Part shown: one piece after another, positions 19,069 to 29,827 of the stretch | How positions within the stretch are numbered: position 1 is the stretch's first letter | Layout of the letters: each line of letters opens with the position of its first letter | Source of the DNA: an uncultured Bacilli bacterium | Lineage (GTDB): Bacteria > Bacillota_I > Bacilli_A > RF39 > UBA660 | Direction: 5' to 3' | NCBI GenBank assembly: GCA_934097105.1 | Contig: CAKONI010000001.1 | Coordinates: 74,144-138,143 of the forward strand | Length of the DNA: 64,000 bases | Notes under the pieces: model-generated | Database searches by the model: none | Told to the model about the DNA's origin: nothing | The model's input: the letters and a program-made list of their open reading frames with translations, nothing else | Translations under genes and position numbers: made by a program

Positions 19069-20694
19069 TTGGATTATATTGCTTTGTATAGAAAGTATAG
19101 ACCTAAATCTTTTGATGAGGTATTTGGACAAAAATATGTTGTTGATATTTTGAAGAAGAGTATTGTTAATAATAGAATTTTTCATGCTTATTTGTTTTCT
19201 GGACCTAGAGGTACTGGTAAGACTACTATGGCTAAGTTATTTGCAAAACTTATTAATTGTGAAAATTTGAATGGTTATTTGGCTTGCAATGAATGTAATA
19301 GTTGTAAACTTATTAATGAAAAGGTTGATGCTGATATTATTGAAATTGATGCTGCTTCGAATAATGGCGTTGATGAGATTAGGAATATTTGTGATAAGGC
19401 GTCTTTACTTCCTAGTGTTTCTAAGTATAAGGTTTATATAATAGATGAGGTACATATGCTTTCTATTAGCGCTTTTAATGCATTGCTTAAAACTTTGGAG
19501 GAGCCTCCTAAACATGTTGTTTTTATTTTGGCTACAACGGAAATTCATAAAATTCCTGAGACTATTGTGTCTCGTTGTCAATGTTTTAATTTTGAAAGGT
19601 TATCTAATTCTGATGTTGTTGATTGCTTAAAGCATATTTCTGATAAGGAGAATTTTTCTATTTCTGATGAGGTGTTTAATATGATTTCTTCTTATTGTGG
19701 TGGGTGTATGCGTGATTCTATAGGTTTATTAGAAAAGTTATCTTTTTGTTCAGGTCCTGTTGATGCGAATGCTTTTAATGATGTTGTTGGTTTAGTTGAT
19801 ACTGATTTTTTATTGTCATTTATTAAAAGCATGTTTGAAAAAAATATATCTTCTGTTTTAGATTTGATTGACGATTTACAGAAATCTGGAAAAAATTTGA
19901 ATAATTTTGTTGTTCAAGTTATGAATTATATAAAGAAGTTGTTGATTGCTGATGATTGTATTTATAATAAGCGAGATTTAATTGATATTTTTTCTGGGTT
20001 TAATGATATTTTTTCTGATATGAAAAATTCTAGTAACGTATTTTTGTGTTTTCAGGCTGGAATTTTAAGAATTATTAATTCTCTTGATAATAATACTCGA
20101 AATGTTAATAATGATGTTGATGATAATGTTTTGAGTAAATCAGATGATAAGATTGAGCATGGAGATGTTAATAATGATAGTGATGATGTGGGTGAAGACA
20201 TCTCTACTGATAAGAAGATTACTGTTATAGACTTTTCTGATACTATTAATAATGCTTTTGCTCTTGCTGACAAATCTCTTAAGAATAATATTGTTTCTAA
20301 GTGGAATGGTTTTTATAATTATGTTCATAATAAAGAATTTTCTTCAGTTGTTTCGCTTTTGCTTGATGCTGAAGTTAGGGTAGTTGGTGAAAAGGATGTT
20401 ATATTATCGTCTGGGTATGATTCTGTTGTTGAAGGTGCGATTAGGAATATTGCTAAAGTAGAACTTTTGTTTAATTTGGTTATGGGAAAGTTTTACAATA
20501 TTGCTTTCATTCTTGATAATGAATGGGAAAAATATAAAGATAAATATATTTCTGATATTAAAAATGGAAAAATGTACAAATATAGGGAACATTTTTCTTC
20601 GAATGATGGTATAATTAGTAATGATGATGTTGCTTCAGATATTGTTAGTTCTGCTAAAGATATTTTTGGTGATGACATTGTTGAAATAAAATGA
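19069..20694 (+). CDS. dnaX: DNA polymerase III subunits gamma/tau
   Basis: YIALYRKYRPKSFDEV, Walker A GPRGTGKTT and a clamp-loader fold. I prefer the TTG at 19069 (GGGGTG 6 nt upstream) over the ORF-track ATG at 19054. Confidence 0.93.
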   Translation: MDYIALYRKYRPKSFDEVFGQKYVVDILKKSIVNNRIFHAYLFSGPRGTGKTTMAKLFAKLINCENLNGYLACNECNSCKLINEKVDADIIEIDAASNNGVDEIRNICDKASLLPSVSKYKVYIIDEVHMLSISAFNALLKTLEEPPKHVVFILATTEIHKIPETIVSRCQCFNFERLSNSDVVDCLKHISDKENFSISDEVFNMISSYCGGCMRDSIGLLEKLSFCSGPVDANAFNDVVGLVDTDFLLSFIKSMFEKNISSVLDLIDDLQKSGKNLNNFVVQVMNYIKKLLIADDCIYNKRDLIDIFSGFNDIFSDMKNSSNVFLCFQAGILRIINSLDNNTRNVNNDVDDNVLSKSDDKIEHGDVNNDSDDVGEDISTDKKITVIDFSDTINNAFALADKSLKNNIVSKWNGFYNYVHNKEFSSVVSLLLDAEVRVVGEKDVILSSGYDSVVEGAIRNIAKVELLFNLVMGKFYNIAFILDNEWEKYKDKYISDIKNGKMYKYREHFSSNDGIISNDDVASDIVSSAKDIFGDDIVEIK

Positions 20695-21011
20695 ATGGAG
20701 ATGATTTTATGAATATGCAAGCTTTAATGAAACAAGCACAAGCTATGCAAAAAGATATTAATAATATTAAAAATGAACTTGATAATTCTATTTTTGAAGG
20801 AAGTAGTTCTTTAGTGAAAGTATCTGTTAAGGGTAATAAAGAAATTGTTAAGGTTTCTATTCTTGATGATGCAAAGGAACTTATGGGGGATGATATTTCT
20901 ATGCTTGAGGATATGATTGTAGTTGCTTTGAATGATGCTTTTTCTAAGATTGATAAGAAAACTGAAGAAAAAATGGGTAAATATTCTAAGATGATGCCTG
21001 GGTTAATGTGA
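20691..21011 (+). CDS. ybaB: Nucleoid-associated protein YbaB/EbfC (YaaK)
   Basis: MNGDDFMNMQALMKQAQAMQKD...MPGLM parallels B. subtilis YaaK MRGGMGNMQKMMKQMQKMQKD...MPGLF. There is an ATGA overlap with the dnaX stop. An alternative start is 20709. Confidence 0.9.
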   Translation: MNGDDFMNMQALMKQAQAMQKDINNIKNELDNSIFEGSSSLVKVSVKGNKEIVKVSILDDAKELMGDDISMLEDMIVVALNDAFSKIDKKTEEKMGKYSKMMPGLM

Positions 21012-21012
21012 T

Positions 21013-21615
21013 ATGTTTCCTAATTCTATTAATAGTCTTATTGAATCTTTTAAGAAACTTCCTGGTGTGGGGCAAAAATCTGCAGAACGCATGGTTTTTT
21101 CTATTTTAAATAGTTTTGATGATTCGGATTACGAGGAGTTTTGTGATAGTTTAGTTAAAGTTAAGGATTCTGTTGGATATTGCTCGTCGTGTAATTGTTT
21201 GACTGATGGAGATATTTGTAATATATGTTCTGATAAGTCTAGAAAAAATGATGTACTTATGGTTGTTGAGTCTTCAAAGGATGTTTTTACTATTGAAAAA
21301 ATGGGTAATTTTGATGGATATTATTATGTTTTAGGCGGATTTATTTCGCCATTTGATAATATTGGTCCTGAGGACATTAATGTTTTTGGTCTTATTGAGA
21401 AAATTAAATCTTTGAGTGTTAAAGAGGTTGTTTTTGTAGTTAAGTCTTGTATTGAGGCTGATACAACTATTTTGTATATTAAGAGACTTTTAAAGGATGT
21501 TGATGTTTTAGTATCTAGAGTTGCAAATGGTATCCCTGTTGGTGCGGATGTTGATTATATTGATACTCTTACTCTTGAATCTGCTTTTAATAATAGGATG
21601 GAAGTTTTAGATTGA
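21013..21615 (+). CDS. recR: Recombination protein RecR
   Basis: 200 aa with helix-hairpin-helix KLPGVGQKSAERM, a C4 zinc finger CSSCNCLTDGDICNIC and a Toprim domain. Confidence 0.96.
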   Translation: MFPNSINSLIESFKKLPGVGQKSAERMVFSILNSFDDSDYEEFCDSLVKVKDSVGYCSSCNCLTDGDICNICSDKSRKNDVLMVVESSKDVFTIEKMGNFDGYYYVLGGFISPFDNIGPEDINVFGLIEKIKSLSVKEVVFVVKSCIEADTTILYIKRLLKDVDVLVSRVANGIPVGADVDYIDTLTLESAFNNRMEVLD

Positions 21616-21649
21616 TGTTTTTGACATAGAATTTTTTGAGGTGTTTTTC

Positions 21650-21829
21650 ATGAAAAAAAGATCTATGTTGTTTCGATCATTTATTCTTGCTCCTTTTATT
21701 ATATATATTTTTAATTTAATGGCGGTTAGTATTGACTTATATATACCTTTTAATTTGATTACAATTTCTATTGTTGGTTTTTTTGGTATTAGTGGTTTGT
21801 CGTTGTTGGTTGTCATTTTGTTGCTGTAG
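21650..21829 (+). CDS. bofA: BofA-family pro-sigma-K processing inhibitor
   Basis: SIDLYIPFNLITISIVGFFGISGLSLLVVILL parallels B. subtilis BofA SLGIHVPINLVTTAISGILGIPGIAALVVIKQ. It occupies the same position after recR as in Bacillus. Confidence 0.6.
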   Translation: MKKRSMLFRSFILAPFIIYIFNLMAVSIDLYIPFNLITISIVGFFGISGLSLLVVILLL

Positions 21830-21836
21830 AGGTGTT

Positions 21837-22727
21837 ATGTTAGAAAAGTATAAGGAATGTCAAATAAATTTTTATGATTATGTTATGTCTGCTCATGCTA
21901 GTGGAAGGCTTTCTCATGCTTATTTGATTGAAACTAACGGTGTTTCTTATGCTGAAGATTTAGCAATGGATTTTGTTAAGTTTTTGATTTGTAATGATTG
22001 CTATGATGAGAAAATTTGTAATCTTATTGATAAGAATAATTATTTTGGTTTTTTTAGATTTGATTGTTCTAATGATATAAAAAAAGATATGGTGTTGGAG
22101 TTAAAAAGAGATTTTGCTTATAAGTCTTATGATGGCAGGCGAATGGTTTATTTAATTGATGATGCTTCTAAACTTAATAAGTTTTCTGCGAATAGTTTAC
22201 TTAAATTTTTAGAGGAGCCGGAAGAGAATATTGTTGCTGTTTTTTTAGTTGATAATATTGGTACTGTTATTGATACGGTTGTTTCTCGTTGTCAGGTTGT
22301 TAGGCTTGTTAATAATAGTATTTTTAATTTTGATTCATTATTTAATTCTTTTGATAAAGAAGTTTTTAATTCTGATGAAAAAATTGATAGTTATAAAAAG
22401 CAATTTTTGAATTTTTACAATTCTTTTGAAATGGAAGGATATTCTGTTTTTTGTGATTCTGATATTTATTGTTTTGCTGATGTTTTGTATGAATTTTTTG
22501 TTTATGGTTATTTTTATTATTTAGATGTTTTAAATATGATTGTTGGAAGAAAATCTTCTTCGGATGTTTTGAGCGATGATATTTTAGGATATATTATTGA
22601 TAAAAATAGTGTTTATGATATAATATTTAAACTTAATGTTATTAATGATTTTATTTTGAAATTGCGTTATAATATTAATAGAAATTTGTTTATAGATAAT
22701 TTTATTGTATCTTTGGGAGGTATATGA
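21837..22727 (+). CDS. holB: DNA polymerase III delta-prime subunit
   Basis: The start is trimmed to MLEKYKECQ (AGAGGTG upstream). Contains RLSHAYLIE and LLKFLEEPEENIV. Confidence 0.85.
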   Translation: MLEKYKECQINFYDYVMSAHASGRLSHAYLIETNGVSYAEDLAMDFVKFLICNDCYDEKICNLIDKNNYFGFFRFDCSNDIKKDMVLELKRDFAYKSYDGRRMVYLIDDASKLNKFSANSLLKFLEEPEENIVAVFLVDNIGTVIDTVVSRCQVVRLVNNSIFNFDSLFNSFDKEVFNSDEKIDSYKKQFLNFYNSFEMEGYSVFCDSDIYCFADVLYEFFVYGYFYYLDVLNMIVGRKSSSDVLSDDILGYIIDKNSVYDIIFKLNVINDFILKLRYNINRNLFIDNFIVSLGGI

Positions 22728-22728
22728 A

Positions 22729-23508
22729 ATGAAAAAGGTTTTTGGTGTTAGTTTTTTTTCTAAAAATATTTGTTATTTTAATCTTTCTGATTTTAATGTT
22801 AAAAAGGGTGACTTTGTTGTTGCTGAAACTGATAGAGGTCTACAATTGGGTGAAGTAGTTACTAATGTATTTGATGTTGATGAGAGTAAACTTAATTTTG
22901 AAGTTTCTGATATTGTTAGAATTGCTACTGATTCTGATTTTTCTAGTTATGAGAAAAATGCTTCTGATTGTATTGAGGCTTTAGAAGATGCTAGAAGTTT
23001 TGTTCGTGAACTTAATCTTGAAATGATTGTTTTGGATGCCAATTATACTTTGGATAGAAAACAACTTGTTTTTAATTTTATGGCAGATGAGAGAGTTGAC
23101 TTTAGAGAACTTGCTAGAAAACTTGCTGGAATTTATAAAACTAGAATTGAACTTAGACAGATAGGAGTTAGAGATAAGGCTAAAGTTGTTGGTGGTTATG
23201 GACAATGTGGAAGAAAACTTTGTTGTAGTTCTTTCTTGGATAATATTAATAGTGTTTCTATAAATATGGCTAAGAATCAAGGGCTTGCACTTAATCCTCA
23301 AAAGATCAATGGAGTTTGTGGTAGACTTATGTGTTGCTTGTCTTATGAAAATGATTGTTATTCTCATTATAAAAAAGGTTTACCTAAGGTTGGTTCGAAA
23401 GTTTTTTATGATGGAAAAGAACGTAAAGTTATTTCTGTTGATGTTTTTAATAGAAGTTATAAACTTGAGGGTGATGATGCTCAGGTTATCGATGTTAAGG
23501 ATGTGTGA
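22729..23508 (+). CDS. ricT: PSP1-domain regulator RicT (YaaT)
   Basis: PSP1 C-terminal domain with the Cys cluster GQCGRKLCCSSFL...CGRLMCCLSYE. The ATG at 22729 lies 8 nt after GGGAGG. Confidence 0.88.
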   Translation: MKKVFGVSFFSKNICYFNLSDFNVKKGDFVVAETDRGLQLGEVVTNVFDVDESKLNFEVSDIVRIATDSDFSSYEKNASDCIEALEDARSFVRELNLEMIVLDANYTLDRKQLVFNFMADERVDFRELARKLAGIYKTRIELRQIGVRDKAKVVGGYGQCGRKLCCSSFLDNINSVSINMAKNQGLALNPQKINGVCGRLMCCLSYENDCYSHYKKGLPKVGSKVFYDGKERKVISVDVFNRSYKLEGDDAQVIDVKDV

Positions 23509-23510
23509 TT

Positions 23511-24062
23511 ATGAAGTTAATTGTAGGTCTTGGCAATCCTGGTCTTGAGTATGAGTATACTAGGCATAATGTTGGTTTTTTGGTGATAGATGCTTTTGCT
23601 AAAAAGTATGGATTATCATTTAAACAAAAATTTAATGGTCTTTATTCTGAACTTTTTATTGCTAATCAAAAGGTGTTGTTATTGAAACCTTTATCTTATA
23701 TGAATTTGTCTGGAGAGGTAGTGTTAAAATTTGCTGATTATTTTAATGTAGATGTTTCGGATATATTGGTTATAAGTGATGATTTAGATTTGCCTTTTGC
23801 TAAAATCAGATTGAGATTATTTGGTTCTTGTGGCGGACATAATGGTCTTAGAAATATAGAAAAAATGTTAAATAGTAATAAATTTAAGCGATTTAGGATT
23901 GGAATTTCTGGAAATAGAGGTTTTGATTCTAAAGATTATGTTCTTTCTAATTTTTCTAAGGAAGAACTAAATGTATTTAATGAAAAATTACCTATTTTTG
24001 TAACTGTTTTGGAAGAGTTTTGTACTGAAAATTTTGATATTGTTATGAACAAGTATAATTAG
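23511..24062 (+). CDS. pth: Peptidyl-tRNA hydrolase
   Basis: MKLIVGLGNPGLEYEYTRHNVGF and GGHNGLRNI. Confidence 0.95.
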   Translation: MKLIVGLGNPGLEYEYTRHNVGFLVIDAFAKKYGLSFKQKFNGLYSELFIANQKVLLLKPLSYMNLSGEVVLKFADYFNVDVSDILVISDDLDLPFAKIRLRLFGSCGGHNGLRNIEKMLNSNKFKRFRIGISGNRGFDSKDYVLSNFSKEELNVFNEKLPIFVTVLEEFCTENFDIVMNKYN

Positions 24063-24071
24063 GTGATATAT

Positions 24072-27000
24072 ATGAATTTATTTAATAGTTTAGTAAAATA
24101 TTCTTTTAAAAAAGATACTGGTTTTGTTAATTTAACTGCTGGTTTTTTTCTGCTACTTGTTAGGAAGATGTTTTTAGAAGGAAAACGTTCAATTCTTATT
24201 GTTACTTCGAATGGTTTTGAGGCAAGGAAATTGTACAATTCTTATAGTTGTTTTGAAAATTCATTTTTATTTGAGAATGATGATATATATGGTGATGAGA
24301 CGGTTGTAAGTCCAGAACTTTTGGTCGATAGAATTAATATTTTAAATGATCTTAGTTCTGGTGATAATGCTGTTGTTTTTACTGATGTTTCAGGTTATTT
24401 AAAAATTTTACCTGCAAAAAGTGAATTTAAGGATAAAAATTTTGATATTACTGTTGATATGGAAATTCCTTATGAGGATATTGTTAGTAAGTTTTCTGAC
24501 ATGGGATATGTTAGAGAGTCTTTTGTTTCTAAAACTGGTGAGTTTGCTCTCAGGGGATATGTTCTGGACATTTTTCCTATTAATAGTGAAAATCCTTTAA
24601 GAATTGAATTTTTTGGAGATTCTGTTTCTTCAATTCGTTATTTTGATGTTGATTCTCAACGTTCTTTATCTAATATTCTTGAATTTTCTATTTTTCCTTT
24701 TAATGAGGCATTTAAAATTAAAAGTAATCTTTATGAATATTTGGATAATCCTATTGTGATTTTTAAAGATTATGAACAAGTTAAATTTTGTTATGAGAAT
24801 ATGGTTTCTGATGCTTCTTTGTTTTCATATGATTTTAGTAGTTATTTTTATAATTTTGATGATATTTGTTTGAATGATGTTTTGTATTATTTTGATTTAG
24901 ATAATAAGGTTAGTTTTCAACTTGATGATATTGTTGATTTTTCTGTTAAGGCTGTACCGAATTTTTATGAGAATTTTGATGAGATTAACACTTTTGTTAA
25001 TAAGTGTATTTCGAATTTTAAAACTGTTGTTATTTTTGTTGATATTCCAAATTTTGGTGGTGTTTTAAATAAGTTTGATTTTGATTATGTTTTAACTAAT
25101 TTTTCTGATATTTATGATGGAAAAGTAAATATTATAAAAGGACCTTTTTGTGGTGGTTTTGAATCTTCTAAATATGTTGTTTTGACTAGTTCTGAACTTT
25201 TTAACAGAAAATCTGTTGCTTTAAAAAAGGTTAGGTTTAAAGATACTTCTAGAATAAAGGATTTGATGTCTTTAGAGATTGGTGATTATGTTGTGCATTA
25301 TTCTCATGGTATTGGGATTTATAATGGTATTAGATCTTTAAGTAAAAATGGCTTTACTTCTGATTATTTGGAAATTCTGTATGATAAGGGCGATAAGTTA
25401 TATGTTCCTGTTGCTAAATTAGATATTATTTCTAAGTATAATGGTAAAGATGGCTATGCTCCGAAAATTAACTCTTTAAATAGTACTGTGTGGGAAAAAA
25501 CAAAACGTAGAATTAGGGAAAAAATTAAATATGAATCTGAGAGAATTATTCGGGTTCAAGCAGAGAGAAGTTTGAAAAAGGGTTTTGCTTTTAGTAAGGA
25601 TATGCCACTTCAAGTAATGTTTGAGAATGAATTTATTTATGATGAGACACCTGATCAACTTAAGGCTATTAATGATATTAAGACTGATATGGAAAGCGTG
25701 ATTCCTATGGATAGGATATTGTGTGGCGATGTTGGTTACGGAAAAACTGAGGTTGCTTTTAGGGCAATGTTTAAAGCAGTTATGGATAATAAACAGGTAC
25801 TTTATCTTTGCCCTACAACGCTTTTGTCTAAACAACAATATGAGGTTGCACTTGAAAGATTTAAAAATTTTCCTGTTAATATTGGTATTTTAAATCGTTT
25901 TGTTAGTCAAAAGGATGTTGTGGATACTCTTAATAAATTGAAAAATGGGCAGTTGGATATTTTGTTTGGAACGCATAGAATTTTGAGTGATGATGTTATA
26001 TGCCATGATTTAGGCCTTTTAGTAATTGATGAAGAGCAACGTTTTGGTGTTGCACATAAAGAAAAAATAAAAGAAATGAAGTCTAATGTTGATGTTCTTA
26101 CTTTAACTGCTACGCCTATTCCTCGTACTTTGCAACTTGCTATTTTGGGAATTCGTAGTTTGTCTGTTATTGAAACTCCACCTTTAAATAGAAAACCTGC
26201 GGTTACTTATGTTACTGGTTATGACGAAAAACTTATTCGTGATGTTATTTTTAAAGAAGTTAGTCGTGGTGGTCAAGTTTTTATTTTGTATAATCGTGTT
26301 TCTGATATAGAGGTAAAACTTAATCATTTTAGGAGTTTGACTCCTGGTGTTACTTTTACTTGTGCACATGGTAGAATGGATAAAAATATATTTGAGGATG
26401 TTATAAATGACTTTGTTGATGGAAAGTTTGATGTTTTACTTTGTACGACTATAATTGAAACGGGTATTGATATTCCTAATGCTAATTCGTTGATAGTTTT
26501 GGATGCTGATAGATTTGGTCTTAGTCAACTTTATCAGATACGTGGTAGAGTAGGTAGGAGTGATAGACTTGCTTATGCTTATTTTATGTATGATAAGGGA
26601 AGAATTCTTACTGAAACTGCTGTTAAGAGGCTTAATGTTATTAAAGAGTATACTAAACTTGGAAGTGGATTTGCTATAGCAACTAGAGATTTGTCTATTC
26701 GTGGTGCAGGTGATATACTAGGTAGTGAGCAGGCTGGCTTTATTGATGCTGTCGGTATTGATTTGTATTTAAATATGTTAAATGAAGAAATTGCTAAACT
26801 TAAAGGTGAAGAGGTTGTTTCTGTTTCTGATGATGCACCTTTGATTAATATTTCTTCTCATGTTAAAGATAGTTATGTTGAAGATGAGGATGTTAAAATT
26901 TTAATTCATCGTCTTATTAATTCGATATCTGATGCTGGTGATTATGAAAAGGTTAAGGCTGAAATTGAGGATAGATTTGGTAAGGTAGATGAAGATCTTT

Positions 27001-27272
27001 TGGTGTATATGAATGAACAGTTATTTGAATTTTTTGTTAAGAAATTAGGAATTATTAAAGTTTTTGATAATAATAAGTATAGAGAGGTAATTTTTAACAA
27101 GGATTTTCTAAATAAGTTAAGTTTTGATGATGTTTTTATGAAATCTTTAGAGATTAATAAAAAGTTTAACTTTTCATATAAAAATAACATGCTTAGTGTT
27201 TCACTTATGTATAATAATTCAAGGAGACATATAGTGTTTGATTTTAATGATTTTTTTAGGGAACTTTTATAG
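24072..27272 (+). CDS. mfd: Transcription-repair coupling factor Mfd
   Basis: About 1066 aa with an RNAP-interacting CarD-like domain (GDYVVHYSHGIG), helicase motifs GDVGYGKTEVA and DEEQRFG, and the TRG motif region. Confidence 0.97.
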   Translation: MNLFNSLVKYSFKKDTGFVNLTAGFFLLLVRKMFLEGKRSILIVTSNGFEARKLYNSYSCFENSFLFENDDIYGDETVVSPELLVDRINILNDLSSGDNAVVFTDVSGYLKILPAKSEFKDKNFDITVDMEIPYEDIVSKFSDMGYVRESFVSKTGEFALRGYVLDIFPINSENPLRIEFFGDSVSSIRYFDVDSQRSLSNILEFSIFPFNEAFKIKSNLYEYLDNPIVIFKDYEQVKFCYENMVSDASLFSYDFSSYFYNFDDICLNDVLYYFDLDNKVSFQLDDIVDFSVKAVPNFYENFDEINTFVNKCISNFKTVVIFVDIPNFGGVLNKFDFDYVLTNFSDIYDGKVNIIKGPFCGGFESSKYVVLTSSELFNRKSVALKKVRFKDTSRIKDLMSLEIGDYVVHYSHGIGIYNGIRSLSKNGFTSDYLEILYDKGDKLYVPVAKLDIISKYNGKDGYAPKINSLNSTVWEKTKRRIREKIKYESERIIRVQAERSLKKGFAFSKDMPLQVMFENEFIYDETPDQLKAINDIKTDMESVIPMDRILCGDVGYGKTEVAFRAMFKAVMDNKQVLYLCPTTLLSKQQYEVALERFKNFPVNIGILNRFVSQKDVVDTLNKLKNGQLDILFGTHRILSDDVICHDLGLLVIDEEQRFGVAHKEKIKEMKSNVDVLTLTATPIPRTLQLAILGIRSLSVIETPPLNRKPAVTYVTGYDEKLIRDVIFKEVSRGGQVFILYNRVSDIEVKLNHFRSLTPGVTFTCAHGRMDKNIFEDVINDFVDGKFDVLLCTTIIETGIDIPNANSLIVLDADRFGLSQLYQIRGRVGRSDRLAYAYFMYDKGRILTETAVKRLNVIKEYTKLGSGFAIATRDLSIRGAGDILGSEQAGFIDAVGIDLYLNMLNEEIAKLKGEEVVSVSDDAPLINISSHVKDSYVEDEDVKILIHRLINSISDAGDYEKVKAEIEDRFGKVDEDLLVYMNEQLFEFFVKKLGIIKVFDNNKYREVIFNKDFLNKLSFDDVFMKSLEINKKFNFSYKNNMLSVSLMYNNSRRHIVFDFNDFFRELL

Positions 27273-27412
27273 TTCTTTTTTATTTTCAAATGGAAAAATT
27301 TACCATCTATGTAAAATACTTAGGAATATTATAATGTTTTTGGGATAAAAGTAGAAATGGTGAATAATTTTTATTTTTTTGCAAAAAATACTAGTGAAAG
27401 AGAGGTTTATAG

Positions 27413-27940
27413 ATGAAAACAATTGGGGTTGTTAGGCGTATAGATGATTTGGGAAGAGTCGTAATTCCTAAGGAAATCCGCAAGACACTTAAGATCAAGG
27501 ATGGCGAGTCAGTGGAGATTTTTATTGAAAGTGACAATATTGTTTTAAAAAAGTATCATCCTCTTGATGGAGTTCCTAACTTTTATAGGGATTATGTAGA
27601 GTCTATTCATTCTGAACTAGGTGGTAATGTTATGATTACTGATAGAGATAAAGTAGTTGCTATTTCTGGGGAGTTAAAGAAAGATTATTATGATAAACCT
27701 ATTTCCAAACAACTTGAAGATATTATTCATTCACGTTCTGTAGTTATTTGTAGAGAAAAATCTGCTGTAAGTATTGCACAAGATTATACTGTTAATGGTA
27801 GTTATGTAATTGCTCCAGTTATTTCTAATGGAGATGAGATAGGAGCAGTTATTATTTTGTTTATTAATAAATTAATTGATGATTTTAGTATAAAAACGGG
27901 AATTATTGCTTCAAAATTTTTGGGTAAGTATATTGAATAG
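27413..27940 (+). CDS. spoVT: Stage V sporulation protein T (AbrB-type N-domain + GAF-like C-domain)
   Basis: N-terminus GVVRRIDDLGRVVIPKEIRKTLKIKDGE (SpoVT/AbrB swapped hairpin). At 175 aa it matches SpoVT rather than AbrB in length, and it follows mfd as in Bacillus. Confidence 0.85.
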   Translation: MKTIGVVRRIDDLGRVVIPKEIRKTLKIKDGESVEIFIESDNIVLKKYHPLDGVPNFYRDYVESIHSELGGNVMITDRDKVVAISGELKKDYYDKPISKQLEDIIHSRSVVICREKSAVSIAQDYTVNGSYVIAPVISNGDEIGAVIILFINKLIDDFSIKTGIIASKFLGKYIE

Positions 27941-27967
27941 TTTTTATTTTTATGGTATAATTTTCTA

Positions 27968-28168
27968 AATGCGATGAAAGAAGGTTAAAATAGTTATTAT
28001 TTTTTAGAGAGTTTGTGTTTGGTGGAAACAAATATTTAATGCTATTTGGTATGACTTCTGGAGTTTGGGATTTTCCCCGGTTTAATCCGTTATTTTAATG
28101 AGATACTTATGTATAAAATAAGGTGGTACCACGGAATATTTCGTCCTTAAGAAATGTTTCTTTTTTTA
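27968..28168 (+). promoter_or_regulatory. T-box leader (Met specifier) controlling metG
   Basis: AGAGAG box at about 28006, distal-loop GGTGGAAAC, candidate specifier GGT-ATG-A at about 28049-28054, T-box AAGGTGGTACCACGG at 28120-28134, and a terminator hairpin with a T-run ending at about 28167. Confidence 0.85.
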
Positions 28169-28197
28169 TTGCATTAATTTATATGAGGTGATTTTTT

Positions 28198-29706
28198 ATG
28201 AAAGATAAGTTTTATATTAGTACGCCTATTTATTATCCTAGTTCTAATTTTCATATTGGGCATTGCTATACTACTGTTATTGCTGATTCTATTGCTAGAT
28301 ATAAGAGACTTTGTGGATATGATGTTTATTTTCAAACTGGTACTGATGAACATGGACAAAAAATTGAGAATAAGGCTAGGGAAGCAGGTGTTTCTCCAAA
28401 AGAATATGTTGATGAAATTATTTTGAATGCTAAGGATTTGTGGAAATCTTTGAATATTACTTATGATTATTTTATTAGAACTACAGATTCTAATCATGTT
28501 GTAGCAGTTCAAAAAATATTTGAGAAATTGTATAATCAGGGAGATATTTATAAGGGAGACTATACAGGTCTTTATTGTACTCCTTGTGAGTCTTTTTGGA
28601 CTGAAAGTCAACTTGTTTCTGGAAAATGTCCAGATTGTGGTCGTGAGGTTCATATGATTAAAGAAGAGGCATATTTCTTTAAATTATCTAAATATGCTGA
28701 TAAATTGATTGATTTTTATGATAAACATCCAAATTTTTTACTTCCTGTTTCTAGAAAAAACGAAATGATTAATAATTTTATTAAACCTGGACTTCAAGAT
28801 CTATGTGTTTCTCGTACTAGTTTTAAGTGGGGAATTCCTGTTACTTTTGATCCAGATCATGTTATTTATGTTTGGATTGATGCGCTTACGAATTATATTA
28901 CTTCTTTGGGATATCCTGATAAATTGGATGATAAATTTGCCAGATATTGGCCATGTGATTTGCACTTGGTGGGTAAAGAAATTGTTAGGTTTCATGCAAT
29001 AATATGGCCATGCATTTTGATGGCGCTTAATTTACCACTTCCAAAACAGATTTTTGGACATGGCTGGCTTATTGTAGATGGTGGTAAGATTTCTAAGTCA
29101 TTAGGAAATTATAAGGATCCTAGAGAGTATATTAATGCTTATGGGGTTGATGCAGTTAGATATTTTGTATTAAGGGAAGTTCCACTTGGTAGTGATGGTA
29201 ATTTTAGTGAAGAGGCTTTAGTAAATCGTATTAATGGAGATCTTGCAAATGTACTTGGTAATTTAGTTAATCGAACTATTTCTATGGCTAATAAGTATTT
29301 CGATGGTAAGGTTTCTAATAAGAAAAGTTATGAAGAAGATCAGGAGTTTTTGAACTGTATTGGTTCTTTATGTGACAAGGTTGATGAATCAATGAATAAT
29401 TATGAAATTAGCGTTTGCTTGGGTAACATTTTTGATGTTTTAAGAAGAAGTAATAAATATGTTGATGAAACTATGCCTTGGGTTTTATATAAGAATAATG
29501 ATTTGGAAAGATTAGAGGCTGTTTTATATAATTTACTTTATTCTATAAAAGTTTGTACTACGTTTCTTAGACCTTTTATTCCTGATACTTGTGATGAAAT
29601 TTTTAAACAACTTAATTTAGATTTTATTAGTTTTGATGATGTTTATAATGAAACTAATTTTAATGTAGGAAAAGCTTCTATTTTGTTTGAAAGAGTAGAA
29701 AATTAG
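28198..29706 (+). CDS. metG: Methionine--tRNA ligase (short form without the C-terminal tRNA-binding domain)
   Basis: 502 aa with the HIGH-region NFHIGHCY and a KMSKS-equivalent GKISKSLGN. Confidence 0.97.
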   Translation: MKDKFYISTPIYYPSSNFHIGHCYTTVIADSIARYKRLCGYDVYFQTGTDEHGQKIENKAREAGVSPKEYVDEIILNAKDLWKSLNITYDYFIRTTDSNHVVAVQKIFEKLYNQGDIYKGDYTGLYCTPCESFWTESQLVSGKCPDCGREVHMIKEEAYFFKLSKYADKLIDFYDKHPNFLLPVSRKNEMINNFIKPGLQDLCVSRTSFKWGIPVTFDPDHVIYVWIDALTNYITSLGYPDKLDDKFARYWPCDLHLVGKEIVRFHAIIWPCILMALNLPLPKQIFGHGWLIVDGGKISKSLGNYKDPREYINAYGVDAVRYFVLREVPLGSDGNFSEEALVNRINGDLANVLGNLVNRTISMANKYFDGKVSNKKSYEEDQEFLNCIGSLCDKVDESMNNYEISVCLGNIFDVLRRSNKYVDETMPWVLYKNNDLERLEAVLYNLLYSIKVCTTFLRPFIPDTCDEIFKQLNLDFISFDDVYNETNFNVGKASILFERVEN

Positions 29707-29713
29707 TAAAATG

Positions 29714-29745
29714 GAGTGTAAAGTTTTAATTTTATACTCTTTTTT
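29714..29745 (+). terminator. Rho-independent terminator after metG
   Basis: 9-bp stem GAGTGTAAA/TTTATACTC (one G-U pair), 8-nt loop, T6. Confidence 0.6.
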
Positions 29746-29827
29746 CTTGCTTTTTTGACACATTTGTTATTATAATTGACATGTAGTAAGAAGTTGCAGT
29801 TGAAAATTTTACGAAAGGAGAATTTGC